The translations under genes were made by a program, and so were the position numbers. DNA of 64,000 nt, taken from NCBI RefSeq assembly GCF_964204645.1, contig NC_134027.1, positions 15,036,485-15,100,484 on the forward strand. The letters are read 5' to 3'. The notes under the pieces are model-generated. The model searched no databases. It saw only the letters and a list, made by a program, of their open reading frames with translations, and was not told where the DNA came from. Position 1 is the stretch's first letter. Each line of letters begins with the position of its first letter. Source of the DNA: Tubulanus polymorphus. Lineage: Eukaryota; Animalia; Nemertea. Positions 1 to 14,171 of the stretch are shown here, piece by piece.

Positions 1-433
1 ACCTGGCTGAATTCTGGCACAGAATGACTTAAGTGTTAGGCCTAATCAAAATAGCTTAACTTGTTACTTTCCAGCAAGAGTTATTGCGTTTTAACTAAAT
101 TCATGAACAATATTCAAACGTAGTGTCCAAATTATACCGAGGCTTTTTTCATTTTGATTGTTTCATGTGGCATCCATGTGAAGCTATCTGACACCTATAC
201 TATACCACAAAACTATCATCTAATAACTGAAGTTGTTAGGCAAAATTCAAAATCATAACCTTTCAATTTCTTTACCAGATTTATAAGTGGTTGACATTGG
301 CCTATATTTTTGAATTGAGTAAGTCCAAATTTCACTATCATATTCCCTAGGATCGATATGTGAGCGGACACATACGGGCATAATGATCAACCAATACACA
401 GGATTCGTGCAGCTAAGAGATAACATAACTTAC

Positions 434-509
434 CCGTTCAGTAATGTAATGCTGCTTATTGGTACCTTCAAACCTTAATGCATAATCATCAGGATCAGGT
501 AACATCCAT
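434..509 (-). CDS. ELMO: ELMO/CED-12 coding exon 3 (76 bp)
   Basis: Minus strand ttttcag|...|gtaagt. Translates (a)WMLPDPDDYALRFEGTNKQHYITER, matching the ELMO N-terminus (W-x-L...YAL...YITE). Phase fits exon 2. Confidence 0.85.
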
Positions 510-674
510 CTGAAAAAAGAAAGGTTCATATAAGCTATACATTTCATTCATTTTCAGGGCCGTCGGAACGGGGGCAGCAGCCGTCCCAGTATTAGTATTT
601 CTCTATTATATTGGTACCAATGCATATTTTGTTACGACAATCAATTGTTAAGTTGTAGCTCATGACATTTTCTA

Positions 675-1618
675 TGTCGGGAATTCCTTGGTATCAAATT
701 GAACGAGGAACTGACTCAGGTTTCAAACGATAGAAGATATTTATTTACAGCTATATACATACAGAATACGTCGGGACAGCTTGCGTGTCTCTTTCATACT
801 AACGGTATTTTAAAACAGTTTCAGCCCTATTCAGCCTACAGTGACACTCACGTGATCATGTGATCATAGTAATAAACACACCGTGAAGTCGGCGTAAAAT
901 GCCGACACTCCCGGCGCTACGAAAATATAAATGTTAGAGCAGTTAAGAAAAACAAATACAACACTTTCAAACTTATTTTCTAACACAATAGATCTCAATT
1001 TGAAAAAATACTTTTATACAAACAACAAATATGTAATATGTCAACGTAATACCAAACATAGTATTAAACAGTGTTAATGCATTATCATTAAATAATACCA
1101 GCATCGAATAGATTTTTTATTTTCTCTGATGCTTTTTTAGCCGATTCTCTTTGTGGTTTATTAGTCAAAACATTTCCTTCTAACCTGATGACCTCGGGGG
1201 AGACGACCTTCGCTGAAGCTGAAACTTCGAGAGGAAACAGCTTCGAAACTGGAAGTATTGTCAACCCATTCGATGTTCTTAGGCTAACTGATCTAACGAA
1301 ACCATCACTGCTTTGTTGTAAGTCAGTAATAACAGCTTACCTCCAACGAGGTCGAGGTAAAAATTCTGACTCGATTAGAACAATATCACCAATTTTCACA
1401 GATCGGCTGCGAACCCCTTTGTGTTTGTGAAATTTTCTCAAAGAAAGATACTCAGATTTCCATCTATCGTGATAATGTTCATCTAAATATGCACGAATCT
1501 TAGATTGACGAGCAAGTTTCGTACTCGTATTTTGTCTAATAGAGTCTGAATCCGAAAGTTCACCTTTTTCAACTTTTGGATATGGTAGAGATGTTATTGA
1601 CCGACCCTGAAATAACAA
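675..1618 (-). mobile_element. BEL/Pao LTR retrotransposon 3' remnant with 3' LTR (675-907)
   Basis: ORF 1337-1618 has the BEL C-terminal signature (RWKSEYLSLR...IGDIVLI...PRPRW). The LTR is bounded by TGTCGG...CCGACA and preceded on the minus strand by the PPT-like GCCGGGAG. Confidence 0.75.
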
Positions 1619-1726
1619 CGCCGGTTAGTTGTCGAATAAACACTATATTCCATGTATAATGTAGATAAATGAAGAAATCCCACACTTCTAATTTAAAATT
1701 ATACGATCAAATTTATTATTATGAAA

Positions 1727-1768
1727 CCACAACGTTTCGGCTGTTGACTAATGGCCATCATCAGGTGG
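1727..1768 (-). ncRNA. Minimal type I hammerhead ribozyme motif in a Penelope-like terminal repeat
   Basis: Minus strand CCAC-CTGATGA-T-GGC-loop-GCC-GAAAC-GTT-GTGG: both core boxes, helix I CCAC/GTGG, helix II GGC/GCC and palindromic ACGT helix III. Confidence 0.7.
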
Positions 1769-1905
1769 AATGACCAGAAAACCAAGTAACAAAGCATATA
1801 AACTCACAGGATCTAAAATAGAAGCAGTGTGTCAAAACTAAAGATAAACAGACCAAGCAATAAAACATCAAGGGGTACCGTAGAAACCACAGCAATTCTA
1901 AACAG

Positions 1906-2220
<315 letters not shown>

Positions 2221-2483
2221 AAAGCCTTTCATCTGGATCATCATAGTTATAGGCTCAGCCTACCAATTGCCTAAGAACACCTATTTATACAATATAATTA
2301 GACCTAGGTAATACCGATGTAAGATTCATGACACGGACAACAAGAAGAATGGACAGACGGATGTAAAGAAATGCCCGTCGGGGCTGATGTACCAAATTAG
2401 CTATGATTGGCCTAGAATCAAGTAAAGCAACCATTGACAACGCATCACATGAACATCCTCTGATTTGCAGCTAGACCAATAAA

Positions 2484-4136
2484 CAACTAGGAGTCCAGGG
2501 ACACCATGTCCACATGGGAAGTGGTTTCAAACGCTTAATAATCTAACAATTTCAATATTCAACACTCCCTGGTGACCAAATACAACAAGAGATCCACGGA
2601 TCTTAATATCTCGGGCGCACAGTGTTATCTTTGTAATGTATAGGCGCCATCTGATTGATGCATCTTTAAGGTTTTCCTTGAACACTTCATGGATGTGTAA
2701 AATCTGCTGATTTCGGAGAACAACATCATCGAAATCTAATCAGCAATCATTGCGGCAATACACAAGGTTTGGGCCTATTCGATTGTGCGGGCATAATCTT
2801 CCGTGAAGTAGCGTATCGATTGAATCTTCGGTTATTTGCTTAATGAAATAGATATGGGGAGACGGAATCGATACTACAGCTATCAAATTAAAAATAAACA
2901 TATAAGACGCTCCCATGACTGGGAAATAAGAAACTAGAACCGAGCAGATTAATATATGAGAAGATTAATAGACCAGTTTGTCTGCGTCAATCGAATATGC
3001 CATTACATTGATTGACAGCGGGAGCTCAGCCAAGCGCAGGGAGCAGTTATTTTACTTCAATGTAACGTTGTACATCGGCCTTCTAGTCGTTTTATGAAAC
3101 AAAATGCTCCTTGAAATTTCTTTAAAAATCGCCACAAATTCTTCGATTTCTCTTAAATGAACGCGATATTCAAAATTCCATTTCCAACAGATTTTAGCCG
3201 CATGATGAAGCTACATTTTGCACATAAACATAGTAGATTGCATGACTTGGTGTCAAAGTTATAACCTCATTTGTTAGCAAGAATTTGATTTTTGGAACCA
3301 TTACAACATCTCGGGCTTCGACCTTGAAACTCACCAAAACTATAGAACATGTCAGCAGCTACAATTTTATAATTGATTGTGATAACAAAATATGCCTAGG
3401 TACCAACATAATATGGAAATACTAAGTAATTCTTCTATTCAACGCCCCTAGTGACCATATGCAAAACCCAATGACCTTTAAACTCACGACAATCATAGAC
3501 CATGTCATGAGCTACAACTTTGCAATTGATTGTGGTAACAAATTATGCATAGGTACGAATGTAGTATAGAAATACTAAGTTATTGTATTATTTAACGCCC
3601 CCTGGTGGCCATATACAAATGACGTTGAAACTCACCAATATCATAGAACATGTTATGAGCTACAACTTTCCAATTTATTGTGGTAACAAAATATTTTTAG
3701 GTATCAATATAATGTGGAAAAACTTTATTCCTTCTACGGATGAGTAATGATGACACCAAGATGGCCGCCAATTGCATGATAATTGGCTAATCAAAAATAC
3801 CTGTCTCATATATTCAAGATTCCTTTCCAAAGAATAGCCAATACAAAGTGCAATGAAAAATGGGTAACCAGTAGGAAGCTACATAATTCTGGCTAAAATT
3901 GACATTTTCGGGCACAAAAAAGGTCATAGGGCAGCCATCTTGAGTATGATCGACCCAATTTTTACTTATGCTGATGGGCCCTTGGGGGATTCAAATATAT
4001 ACGAAAGATCAAGGTAATTGATCAAAGCGTCTTCAAAATTTCCCTCAAAAACTTCAAAAATGTGTAAAAACTGCCGATTTTGGCAAAAAGTGAACGCAAT
4101 AGCCCCCTGGGACTAAAGTACCAAGTGGGCTAAAAA
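2484..4136 (+). mobile_element. Possible Helentron-derived non-autonomous element carrying a ~150-bp tandem repeat (3 units, ~3320-3720)
   Basis: Units start GACCTTGAAACTCACC at ~3320, ~3473 and ~3621. The 3' end has a hairpin-like GCCCCCTGGGAC...GTGGGCT followed by AAAAA. An inverted unit copy lies at ~590-674. Confidence 0.45.
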
Positions 4137-4249
4137 TGACTACACCTTCCAAGGCAGAGGTGAAAAGCAACACTAGAGAAGTTAAATGAATAGGCCTATA
4201 ATGAATAGCCTACAACGTTAAGAAATAGAATACAACAGTAAATACTCAC

Positions 4250-4290
4250 GTTTCACAGAGTTCCTTTAGAACTGCAGCAAGTGGTTTATT
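4250..4290 (-). CDS. ELMO: ELMO/CED-12 coding exon 2 (41 bp)
   Basis: ttactttcag|AATAAACCACTT...TGTGAAAC|gtgagt. Translates NKPLAAVLKELCE(T), resembling ELMO KKPLSAIIKEVCDG. Phase 0 to phase 2. Confidence 0.85.
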
Positions 4291-4539
4291 CTGAAAGTAA
4301 GAAATTCTAATTATTGGAAAGCCACAAATTTTCATATCAAAGAGATTTACAGCCAAATATTGGATCAAAGTCCTCTAAAAAAAACTATGTTTGAAAGCAA
4401 TGAATTTACCGTATATCATTCTTACAAGACCTAGTCAAGCCTCCATTTTTAGGATTTTTAGGATTTAAAGGCCATTCACTAGCCAGAATTAAAATAATCA
4501 GGAAAAACATGTAAAATTGGAACAGCCTAAATTTAACTA

Positions 4540-6250
4540 GGTTTTCATCTGGATTTGGTTGTAGATAGTTCTCCAGTAGCGGCATTGGGCATATCTGTCA
4601 TGTGTACCTGAGCAGGAACATGGATAACAGGCCTGTGCAAGCCAGTAACGGCAGTTAGAGAGCTCGCTAATAGAGACGACGGTCTCTCTAGCAATGAACC
4701 ATAAGAGAAAGTGCTCATTTCGGGGCGGAAGCACAGCACGTCGGCATTAGAGAACAGCCCTCAAACGAATATATCTTATCGCGTGGTAGGTAGAGCTAAC
4801 CTCTCAACAGTTTCATTGGATAGGGTGCCTTGCTATGCTATAATTAACAGCAGGTTGCAAGTTTCCACAGTCTCGGGAAAGTTTGTCGAGATCTATATGC
4901 CTACAGTCCCTGTGCAACCAGAAGCCGATTTTCTAAATGGTTACAACCACGGATGGTGTGGTCTTGCCATATTCCGGTTATGTCGTTGCTTGTTTGCAGG
5001 CAGCCGGTTTGGATATGGAAATCCCAGTGCTTGTTCTTGAGAGTATAAACTACCATAAGATACCTGCTTTAATCGGCACCAATGTGCTAGACCGGGTCAA
5101 GGATTTTCCAACCTTGTTGCCGGCCTGTATTGCGGCAAACGCTATAAGCTGACTAAAGAATTTTTTAAATTGACTAAGAGAGTCTTAGTGCCCGCCGAGG
5201 CTGAAATTATCATACATTGGTTGGCTCGGATCTAAGGGCCGGAAGTCTTGTATATGACCACTTCCGAGGGAAGTCAGATTCCTGGTAGCCTGTTGGTGGT
5301 GCCTACGGCACAGGAAGTTGGTTCCATGGTATGCAATTCAGTGGTAGTGCGGACGTGCAGAACCCATCTCGCCGTGATATGTCGATTAAGGCTGGGGTGA
5401 TTATTGCTTCTGTTGTGCCTGTCGATTTTGTGGCTGGGCGCAGGTTTGAATCGGAAGATGAGAAGGCTATTTCTTCAGGCGTCAATGAGGTTACGCCTGA
5501 TTACGATACTCCTCCTCCGGAAGCCTCTAATGATAGTGTTGCTCCTTCACAGTCTTGGCATGAATTTTTCTCATGCAAGTACTTTATAAATCTGTTTGAA
5601 ATGAACGACGTAATACCCGAGGCTAAATCGAAACTCGAACATCTGTTGTGGATGTGGCGATCTATTTTCAAAGTGAGCGATCTCAACATGGGACGTACGA
5701 GTTCAATAGAATAAAAGATTTACATGCCAAAGTCCATCAGCGGTATCGGAGAATTCCTCCAACGATGGTCTGTGAAGTTAGAGAACATCTGCGAATGATG
5801 TTGGAAGCAGGTGTGATACGCCCGTCCAACCAGTCCAACACTGCGTTTGTGACTCCGGGAGTTCTTGTTCGGAAAAGAATGTAGAACATAACTTCTGTGT
5901 AGACTCCCATGAGTTCACATTTTTGGCACATAAAACAGATTAAAAGGTGAACTTGAGCTTGGTGCGCTGAAAACAAAGGTTTTTGAAGAAGATTCCTTGA
6001 AAGATGGTATCTGTAAAACTTTAGAATTCTGTATATTGTCCAATGATAGCACTAAACTCAGGTAAACCCCATTCTAGCATGTGAGAGATAAGTTCTGGTT
6101 GCAAAATCACCTCATATTTCGTGGTTCGCATTTATTTATACCTGAGAAGCTTTGTAGAAAGGTTTTAGTACTTGCTCATAAGGGTCATCAGGGAGTGATA
6201 GAATGCAGGTTGAAAAATGAGGTACACCGGCATGGAATGGATAACTCTTT
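4540..6250 (+). pseudogene. Highly decayed Gypsy gag-pol fragments
   Basis: Protease-like end (ALIGTNVL), RT N-terminus (HQRYRRIPP...EVREHLRMMLEAGVIRPS) and integrase zinc-finger start (AHKGHQGV), all with many frameshifts. Confidence 0.65.
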
Positions 6251-6399
6251 CAGTGCCCATGTGTAATTTGAGAAAAACCCTCTGAGTGCCCATCATTGTT
6301 ACGTAAAAAGTAGGAAAATCAGTAGTAACTTTGGAGCTCCATTCAGTAAAAACTGTAAGAGATATAGCTTTATGGTAATTGAAAGGTTTGTAGGGTATA

Positions 6400-9300
6400 G
6401 GGTAATTCACTCTAATTTCAGCCGGGTTTCACTAGTAAGTTCACTGCTTCCGTGCGACAAATATATATTATTCAAACATGAAAAAATTGATTCAAACTCG
6501 AAATTGAGATCAATTAATTAAAATCATCAATTAACATCATATTCAATTCAATTTCGGCCGCCTATGATCATCGCATTAGCCATTCAATTCAATTTCGGCC
6601 GTGTTAGCCAATGGATTTCAGGCGCGGAGTAAATAGTCATGATGCGCTAAAAAAGCAATCATGATGCACAGACTACACCAGCAATGATGCTACTGAACTA
6701 GTCATGATGTACCATCGCCATAGAACACGTTCTGCAGGCGGCTCATCAGCACAGTCTCCAGAAGAGTCAGCTGAGTATTGTTTATAAATCACTACTACAT
6801 ATCAAACCAGGTTTCTTAACAACCGGCCCTAACCGTTGTAGGCCTAAGTGAAAATACAAGACTTTTGAACGTAAGATGTACATTTTAATGTTTAAAACAT
6901 AATTTAACAATAATGTAAGCATAAATTAAGAAATAACAATACAATCCAAATTCAATAAATTATATTGATAAAAATATGAGTTAGGCCTAGGCAACAACAA
7001 GACATAGGCCTAATTTCTCGAACAAGATTGCACTTAAAGGTTTGCCGAATAGATATCTTTAATTTGTTTATATTCAGATTCTTTGAAAGCCAGCTGCAGG
7101 CGTTGATTCTGTTTTTCTGGAGCTGTCAAAATGCCAATGGATGATTCAACGGGATGGTCTTCAATAATTTCATGCTCAGTCCATACGAATAGATTTTTGT
7201 TCATTAGCTGCTCAAGAAAGCAAATGCGAAGGTTATTGCATGACATCTCTTCAACCTAAATAATGGAAAAAAGTGAGGAATTTGAATTAGTTTTCTTTCT
7301 ATGACTCTTTGTTATATGTTCTGTTAATTTAAAAGCCTTTATCCCTTGCTTACCCGTCCGAAATATAAATGTTTCAGTCCTTTGAGACCTTCCTGTTCGA
7401 TCGCGACGTAATCGCCAATTCTAAAAACATTATTGAGAAAATCAAATTAATTTACTTGATCAAATTTTTATGATGTAACTTGATGAAAATAACATACTCT
7501 AATGAATCTACAGATGTATTGATACAGTTATCTCGATATATTCGTGAAGTGCTTGGTTCAACTTCGCTAACAACGACTTTCTGAAGAAAAACCGTTCATG
7601 AATGTATAGTGTAGTGTAAATACATGTAAGTATCTCCCTTTTACGATCGTACCTTTGTTTTCTTCACGACTGACTTCAGTTTTGTTTCTTCCAATCTCAA
7701 ATTTTTCTTTTGTTCAACCATAAGTTTCTTTTCATTTTTTTCTTCCTCTCGCTTTCGTTTTAATACAGCAGCTTGTAGTTTGCTCTTGTAGGCTTCATCG
7801 CTTGATATGATGAAGTAATGATCAGACGATGACTTTCTATTAGGTTTCAAAGATTCTTTCGGATATATTAGTACATCGCTGTTACTGCTTGTAGGATTGG
7901 ACTAGCTGGAAAATGGAAACGGATCATTCGATTTCTCCTGAAATTATTAAATGCATCAAAAACAGTCTTTTTGAATGGCCACTAAGAAGTATTGTAAAGA
8001 CGTAAGTTTTTAACTTACTGTATCCAGTTTGTATTTCTTCCATGTGTGGTACATGGTATCAGGTAAATTGTATCCTTCTTGCAGACGTTTATTAAATTTT
8101 GTCAATTGGGCAGCTGTCATTTCTCTATTGCTGCGAGGGCTAAATTTGCAGGGCACGGCTGCTGAATGCTATCTCCCTGGAAGAAAATTAAAAATACATT
8201 ATATACAATGGTGATTGGGCGAAGAAAAAAGGCTTTAAGAACGTAGATTATACCTCTTCTGCTTGTAGAACTGGTACGCTTTTTTCAATTTCAGTTTCGT
8301 CACCGGTCTTCTTCGTTTTCCTTATTCTATATGTTAGGTGAATTATCCTAATTGTATTAAACATTTTAACTTTTGAGAATTTAGAATTATTTAGGGGCAA
8401 ACATATCAATATCACAAACTAACCTCATCGATGGGTATAGCATTGGCAATAAATGCCTCTTCAGGTAGTGATAAACAATTGTAGGGGTAAAAGCCTGTTG
8501 CATGAAACCCACTCACAATATTACTTGGAGTAACAGAAGCAACCCATGCTTTGTTAATCCAAAAAAATTTGCATGGCCCACAATTACTCCAGGGTTATTT
8601 GACATAAGATCGGCACAGATCGTGTTCCATGATGATTTGAGTGGTCCGTACACAGATCTAGATATGAAATGAAAAAATGTATAGGTCAATCCATTATTTA
8701 TCATTGAATTCAAAATAGTATATTACTAATATTTATTGAATATTAGAACCGACCTGTCTAACGGTTGCATATACTTGCTCGAATGGGCGGGCATTTCTAC
8801 AAGTATAACGCCATTCTCTCTGGCGATATCGATTAATTCCACAAAATTGTGGGAATTGTGACCATCGACAACTAATACGTCTTTCTTGGCCAAGATTACT
8901 AAGGAAAACTTCTCGAAACCATAATTCTGCTATACCCTAGATGACATTTAGGTATAAGAATTTAGGTCTATTTAGAAAAGTCAATTGATATTTCATCAAT
9001 ACTGATAGGTCTATTTTTTATTGCCATAGGACATACCTGTTTTTTTCCACCCAGTTTCTGAGACGCTTATTTTGCTTTGCCTGGATGCATTTTGTAAATC
9101 ATAGCCAAGGATGCGCTCTTATCCGCATCCGAAAATTGTTATCATTTCTTTATTTCCACTTGTGCGGGTTGGAATGGTTTTCAATCCTTTCCTGTTCAGT
9201 TCAATGTAAGTACATGTATAGGTTTTATTATTTAATAGCCTAAAAGTAACAACTTCGAAAGGTCATTGCAGGTATATGATGTATTTTTAAACTTATTAGA

Positions 9301-10389
9301 AAATAATTCAATTATACAACGTTTGTATGAATCAAGTTTTTCTTTCATTTACATAATTTTTTCGATGTCATCTACCTGGTATATGGAATTATTAACTGGC
9401 AACAACGAGTGGACGACGAAAATCGAGTTGGATTCCAGTTTCATCCATATTCCATATTCTCCATGGTTTATCATGTAGATTGTTATCATCAAGAACAGTT
9501 TTGTATGCCGCATAGAATTTTGCAAGTTTTTCAGGTTAAATGGCCTTGACTCTGAACGGTGATGTAGCATCTGGTTTACGGAGCGACAATTCAGGATGCC
9601 TCTATTTCATGCCCTGCCACCAGCAATCGCTGGGCATTCCACCAGCGAACGGTGTCCCATTTTTAATTGCAAGGTTTGTGGCGTAACGCAAAAAATTCGA
9701 TTTGTTGAAACCTATTCCCATTGCAGCTCTATTGCAAGCATAATCGACCAATTCTTTTTCCAGATCCTTATTTAGGTAAGTTTTTCGACCTGCTGTACTG
9801 AATGGCTCTGTCTTTTATGAACAACATCTTGAATCGTTGATCGTGGGACACCATACATTTTGCTGGCTGTCCGTATTGCCATTCCATTCCGGATGGCATC
9901 AAACGCATTTTGTTTCTGTGCGGCGATGTATCGCACAAATTGTAGTGAAATACTTCATCAGTCGGTTCCGCGGGGGCCGAAATTGAAGTGAACAGTATGA
10001 TCTTTGAAAACAACGGTATTTTTTAAGTAAAGATGAAATTTTAACTAAAAATCCCATTGTTTTTTTAAAGAATAGTTGCCCCCAATGCTATAAAGTGTGC
10101 TTAAAACATCAGTGAGCATGAGTACACTTTATTGATCCAGTAGATTTGGCTTACATTCTAATGATGTTTGTAGGTTAAATTTCCCGGAATCGTTGCAGAC
10201 AGCTCAAGCGTTGATGACATCATCAATATCTCTCGGCGAATCAAAAAGCGCGATTTGGTGATTTCTAAACACTGCCACCTAGCATTCCGGCTAGGCATTA
10301 TCATTCATTGAATTACGTGATTTAGTTTAAAGCTCAATTAATTTGACAGCCGAAATTGAAGTAAAGGCCTAAATTAGAGTGAATTACCC
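6400..10389 (-). mobile_element. pogo/Fot1-like Tc1-mariner DNA transposon with a degraded, intron-containing transposase
   Basis: TIR GGGTAATTCACTCTAATTT at both ends with TA TSD. Minus-strand motifs: psq HTH (AFDAIRNGMAIRTASKMYGVPRSTIQD, ~9830-9910), WNMDETG (~9440), VDGHNSH...[13 protein letters not shown] (~8755-8870), then an intron and SVYGPLKSSW. An empty-site paralogue lies at ~10493-10520. Confidence 0.85.
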
Positions 10390-11389
10390 TAACCCTTCAA
10401 AATTTTATGGAAATGAGCTAATTTGCACAAATTATAGTAGGTGACCTACTTATTTGATAACCCCCCTAAATTTCTGGTATGAAAATGAACAAAAGGTTTG
10501 TAGGGTATAACCCTTCGAAAATTTTGGGGATAATTTTTCTTACTGAAAGTGACGCTGATGGAAACTACAAAAACGCAGCACAAAAACAAACCTATGGGCA
10601 CTGCCATTTAATCAAGCCATCTAGCGGCAGGTTTCTCTGCTGAATTCTATACGAAAAACTAAGAATGAAACTGCTATAAGAAATGTCGACAAAAGTCGAC
10701 TAGGTACTGAGAGTTAACTTGCCGCAGGCGACTGTAGCCAACACACTGGGGAAGTGCCGTAGGTGACCGTAGTCGACAGCCCGACCTTTCTCGCATTTAA
10801 AGTTTGATGTTACGTCACAAGCACCTCGCAGCGCGTTTAGCTGTAGTTGTTAGCACACGCCAACTGCCGACACTCGAGAACCCGAACCCAGAAGATTTTC
10901 TCATTTTGGTATTTTGAAGAATTTTCACCTCAAAAACGCCCCATAAATTTGATATTTTGGGATTTTTATGAAGTAAGACTGTAATAAGAAGCATAATAAA
11001 GGTTTTAACGATGGATATAGTAATCTACGGTGTCTTTATGAATATCGACAATGTAACACGAAATTGTGAGTATTCTGACTTTCTCGGGGGTCTTTTTGCA
11101 CTGGGCCCCCAAAAATAACCCCACCCAGTGGTCTTCAAATATTAGAAGTTTAATCTATTAGTACTATTCCTTTGCCATGACAATACTACTGCTTTGTGAA
11201 GTTTCAATGCCCTATAAACAATAGTTTGGAAGTTATGAGGATTTAATGGGTTAATTTAATTAACATTCAAATCATCTGGCATACACAGGACTTAACATTA
11301 AAGCTGCCAACAGGTTAAGGGTTAATCTGAAGCTTCACACATACTCAGAGCGATGGAATCAATATTTTATACTTATGGTTAACCATATT

Positions 11390-11600
11390 CTGTTCTGATT
11401 GGCTTTTTAAAAACTGATATTTTTGCGTTCTGATTTTTGCCAAAAAGCTCATGTAAATTTTTAGGAGGCTGTTTTACAAAGTTCAGCTCCCTAGCATTTG
11501 GAAAAAGGATAATGCTTTAACGAATGATTTATATGAATAAATGCTCAGTTGCGCCGTCAAAGGACCATTCCTCTGGAAACCATGTCATTAAATTCGCTCC
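11390..11600 (+). repeat. Dispersed ~210-bp repeat (second copy ~18172-18382)
   Basis: Both copies run TTCTGATTGGCTTTT...GGATAATGCTTTAA...CTCTGGAAACCATGTCATT...AAATTCGCTC. Confidence 0.7.
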
Positions 11601-12821
11601 AGATTCAGCAACATTTATCGTATAACTACAAACTGCAATGCCAGGTATGTCTCCCCAGGAAGCAAACATTTAAGGAGAAAGAAATTGAAGACATGAAACA
11701 TTTTGCATACTTCATAGAAATCCATGAGTGTCACAATTTTTCATTGACTTCTATTGAGTTTAATGAATATCTACCAATAAATGCAGGCTGTATTGTGCAA
11801 CCAAGATATTCACCCTGATGGCCATATTTGATGGACGATGATCTTAATTGTCAATGGGGATTGACCTTAAAGGGACACTAGAGGACCAAAGGTCCTGTGC
11901 TCTCGAGGTACAGCTCTTTATGATATCGATGAAAACATATTACATTGTTCATTCTACTACTCTTTAAGTTAAGCAGATCTGTTTGCTTTAACAACTGCCC
12001 TGGGCACTACGGTGAGACTTGACGCCTCGGACAGTGCTAGGCAGGAACAAATACGTCAGATCGATTTGTTTTGCTTTAGTCTTTAGAGTGAAATATGGCC
12101 GGTTTAATGACCAATGTCTATCACTTTCAAATACTTTTGAATAATAATTACACCGATAACAACTTAAATGACAAGAAACGGAATTTTCAATATGGACTTT
12201 CCTAAATTTACATGATATTGTATGTTTAATCCAGCATCAAAATTAAACAGTGGCACTCTCGCAGAACAGATGAAAAAGAGTGAAAATTGATTTAATTCAA
12301 ATGATGGGATAATACTGACTTTACAAATAATTAAATCGAAAATAAGGACGGAAAATATCAAGAAACAAATGGAACTGCATGATGATTCATCATGAATAAG
12401 GTAGTGGGTTTTCCCCACTGACTCTCCATGTTCATGGTGTGACGCTGATTTAGTTTATTTCATACACTGTGTACAAAGTTTGTTAGCCAATTTATTTTCG
12501 TAAATTGAACAATTTTCCAAGATTTACCAAGATTCCAAGATTTACTTCACCCTTTCCCAATTTCACTGCCCTTCTATAAAATTCACTGCTTTTCACAGCC
12601 ACCCGCGACAAACCCTGGCAGTTGAATCATTTGCAGTTTCCAAGATAGGAGTAATATGGGAGGAGACCGGTAACCAGTCTATTTCCAAGAAAACTAGGTC
12701 ACACACAAGGCACGCTTTTCATATAGGCCTATATGACCATGACGTGCACGAATATACGTAAAAAGGCAAGTTTTCTCCCGAAACGAAATGTCGTTCCAAC
12801 AACAAATAAAAAACTAAATTA

Positions 12822-13445
12822 CCGTATTTTCCGGCCAATAAGCCGATTTTCTAGCCTCAGATTTTTACCCAAAATATCGTGATCGGCTTATTGGGCGGAT
12901 ACGATCTGACATAAAAAATCACTTCCTGATCTATGCCACTCTAATGCTCTCAATGATCGTCAAAATCAAGAAAAGTGGTCGATATTTATTTGAGGTCATT
13001 ATTTACTACCAATTATAATCTATTTTTAACTATTTTATTTTTACTTTGATTTTTCCATCACCGCACAGCGGCAATGGTATACATTTATATAACGCGCGAG
13101 TTCATCGTACTACCACGTGTCAGTTCATACATTAGTATATATGCAAATCAGCAGTGAGCCGCGTACTGCGTGTATGGCTGTGTGTATAGTAATCAGCTGA
13201 GTGAGTCTATATATAGCACAGTCACTCGGCGATGATAGTATACACAGCACTCTCACACATCGGCGGGCGCTACTGTCAGCCTCTTAAATCGTCAATTAAG
13301 ACGAACTAATTGACAAATCAGTGAATTAAATCTCTGATGAAGGGCCTCGGCTTATTGGGCGAAGCTTTATGAAATCCATGTATTTTAGGCTAAAAAACTG
13401 CCCTCGGCTTATTGGCCGAGTCGGCTTATTGGCCGGAAAATACGG
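12822..13445. mobile_element. Tigger/pogo-type MITE
   Basis: 25-bp TIR CCGTATTTTCCGGCCAATAAGCCGA, TA on both sides, repeated internal TCGGCTTATTGG motifs, no ORF. Confidence 0.85.
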
Positions 13446-14171
13446 TAATAAATAAGCAACGCATTCCGATGAAATTCAATAGGGTTAGAGATTTTATATT
13501 AGCATTGAATGTTTTGAAAGTTCGAAGAGAAACTAAGCCTCGTTTGGAAGTTATTTCGTACCAAAGGAAGAAAGTTTCATACGTGATAGCAAAAATGGAC
13601 TTCGCAGAAGCGAAAGTCCATAAAAATCGATTATTCACTTTATTTCATTCAAAATAATAATTGCCCATAGGCCAAAAGGCTTGACCACAGCCTTATGAAG
13701 TGCCGAGATGAGATGATAGGTCGAAGTTCAAAATACTAGTAAACGATAGAGGGATGCAGTATGTAATATACGGATAAATTCGTTGACGGTTAAAAGAATT
13801 AACCATAGCAGCTACATCGGCGTGTTGTGAATCCAAAGACAGAGCTGCAATACTGCGCCAGTCTTTTTGCCGATAATGCGCAGCCGCAGTCAAGCTGGTT
13901 CAATTGCGCGTATCGAGACTGCCGCAGCGGCAGCGACAGCTGCAGCAGAGCAGAGCAGATGTATTGTGTAAAATTCATCCCAATATTAATACGCACATTT
14001 TATTCACCAAAATAAGCACCGAAAATCAATTTTAGAATGCAAAATATTTTCAAATTTGACTACTTTTATTTGTGTAATAAATGATATTTACTTAAACGTT
14101 ATGGAAAAAAATGTCCCGGATCTTTAATCTAAATGAAATATGTAACATTTCTGGAACTAGAAAGAAACTTT

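Noticed and set aside
3-41. Possible next ELMO exon (AG...GT bounded, minus strand)
   Set aside because: In the required phase it reads GCC TAA (stop) and it does not resemble the expected ELMO sequence.
6251-10603. hAT-like element with CAGTGCCCAT/ATGGGCACTG ends enclosing the pogo element
   Set aside because: The inverted match is only 10 bp and no 8-bp TSD was found, so it is left unannotated.
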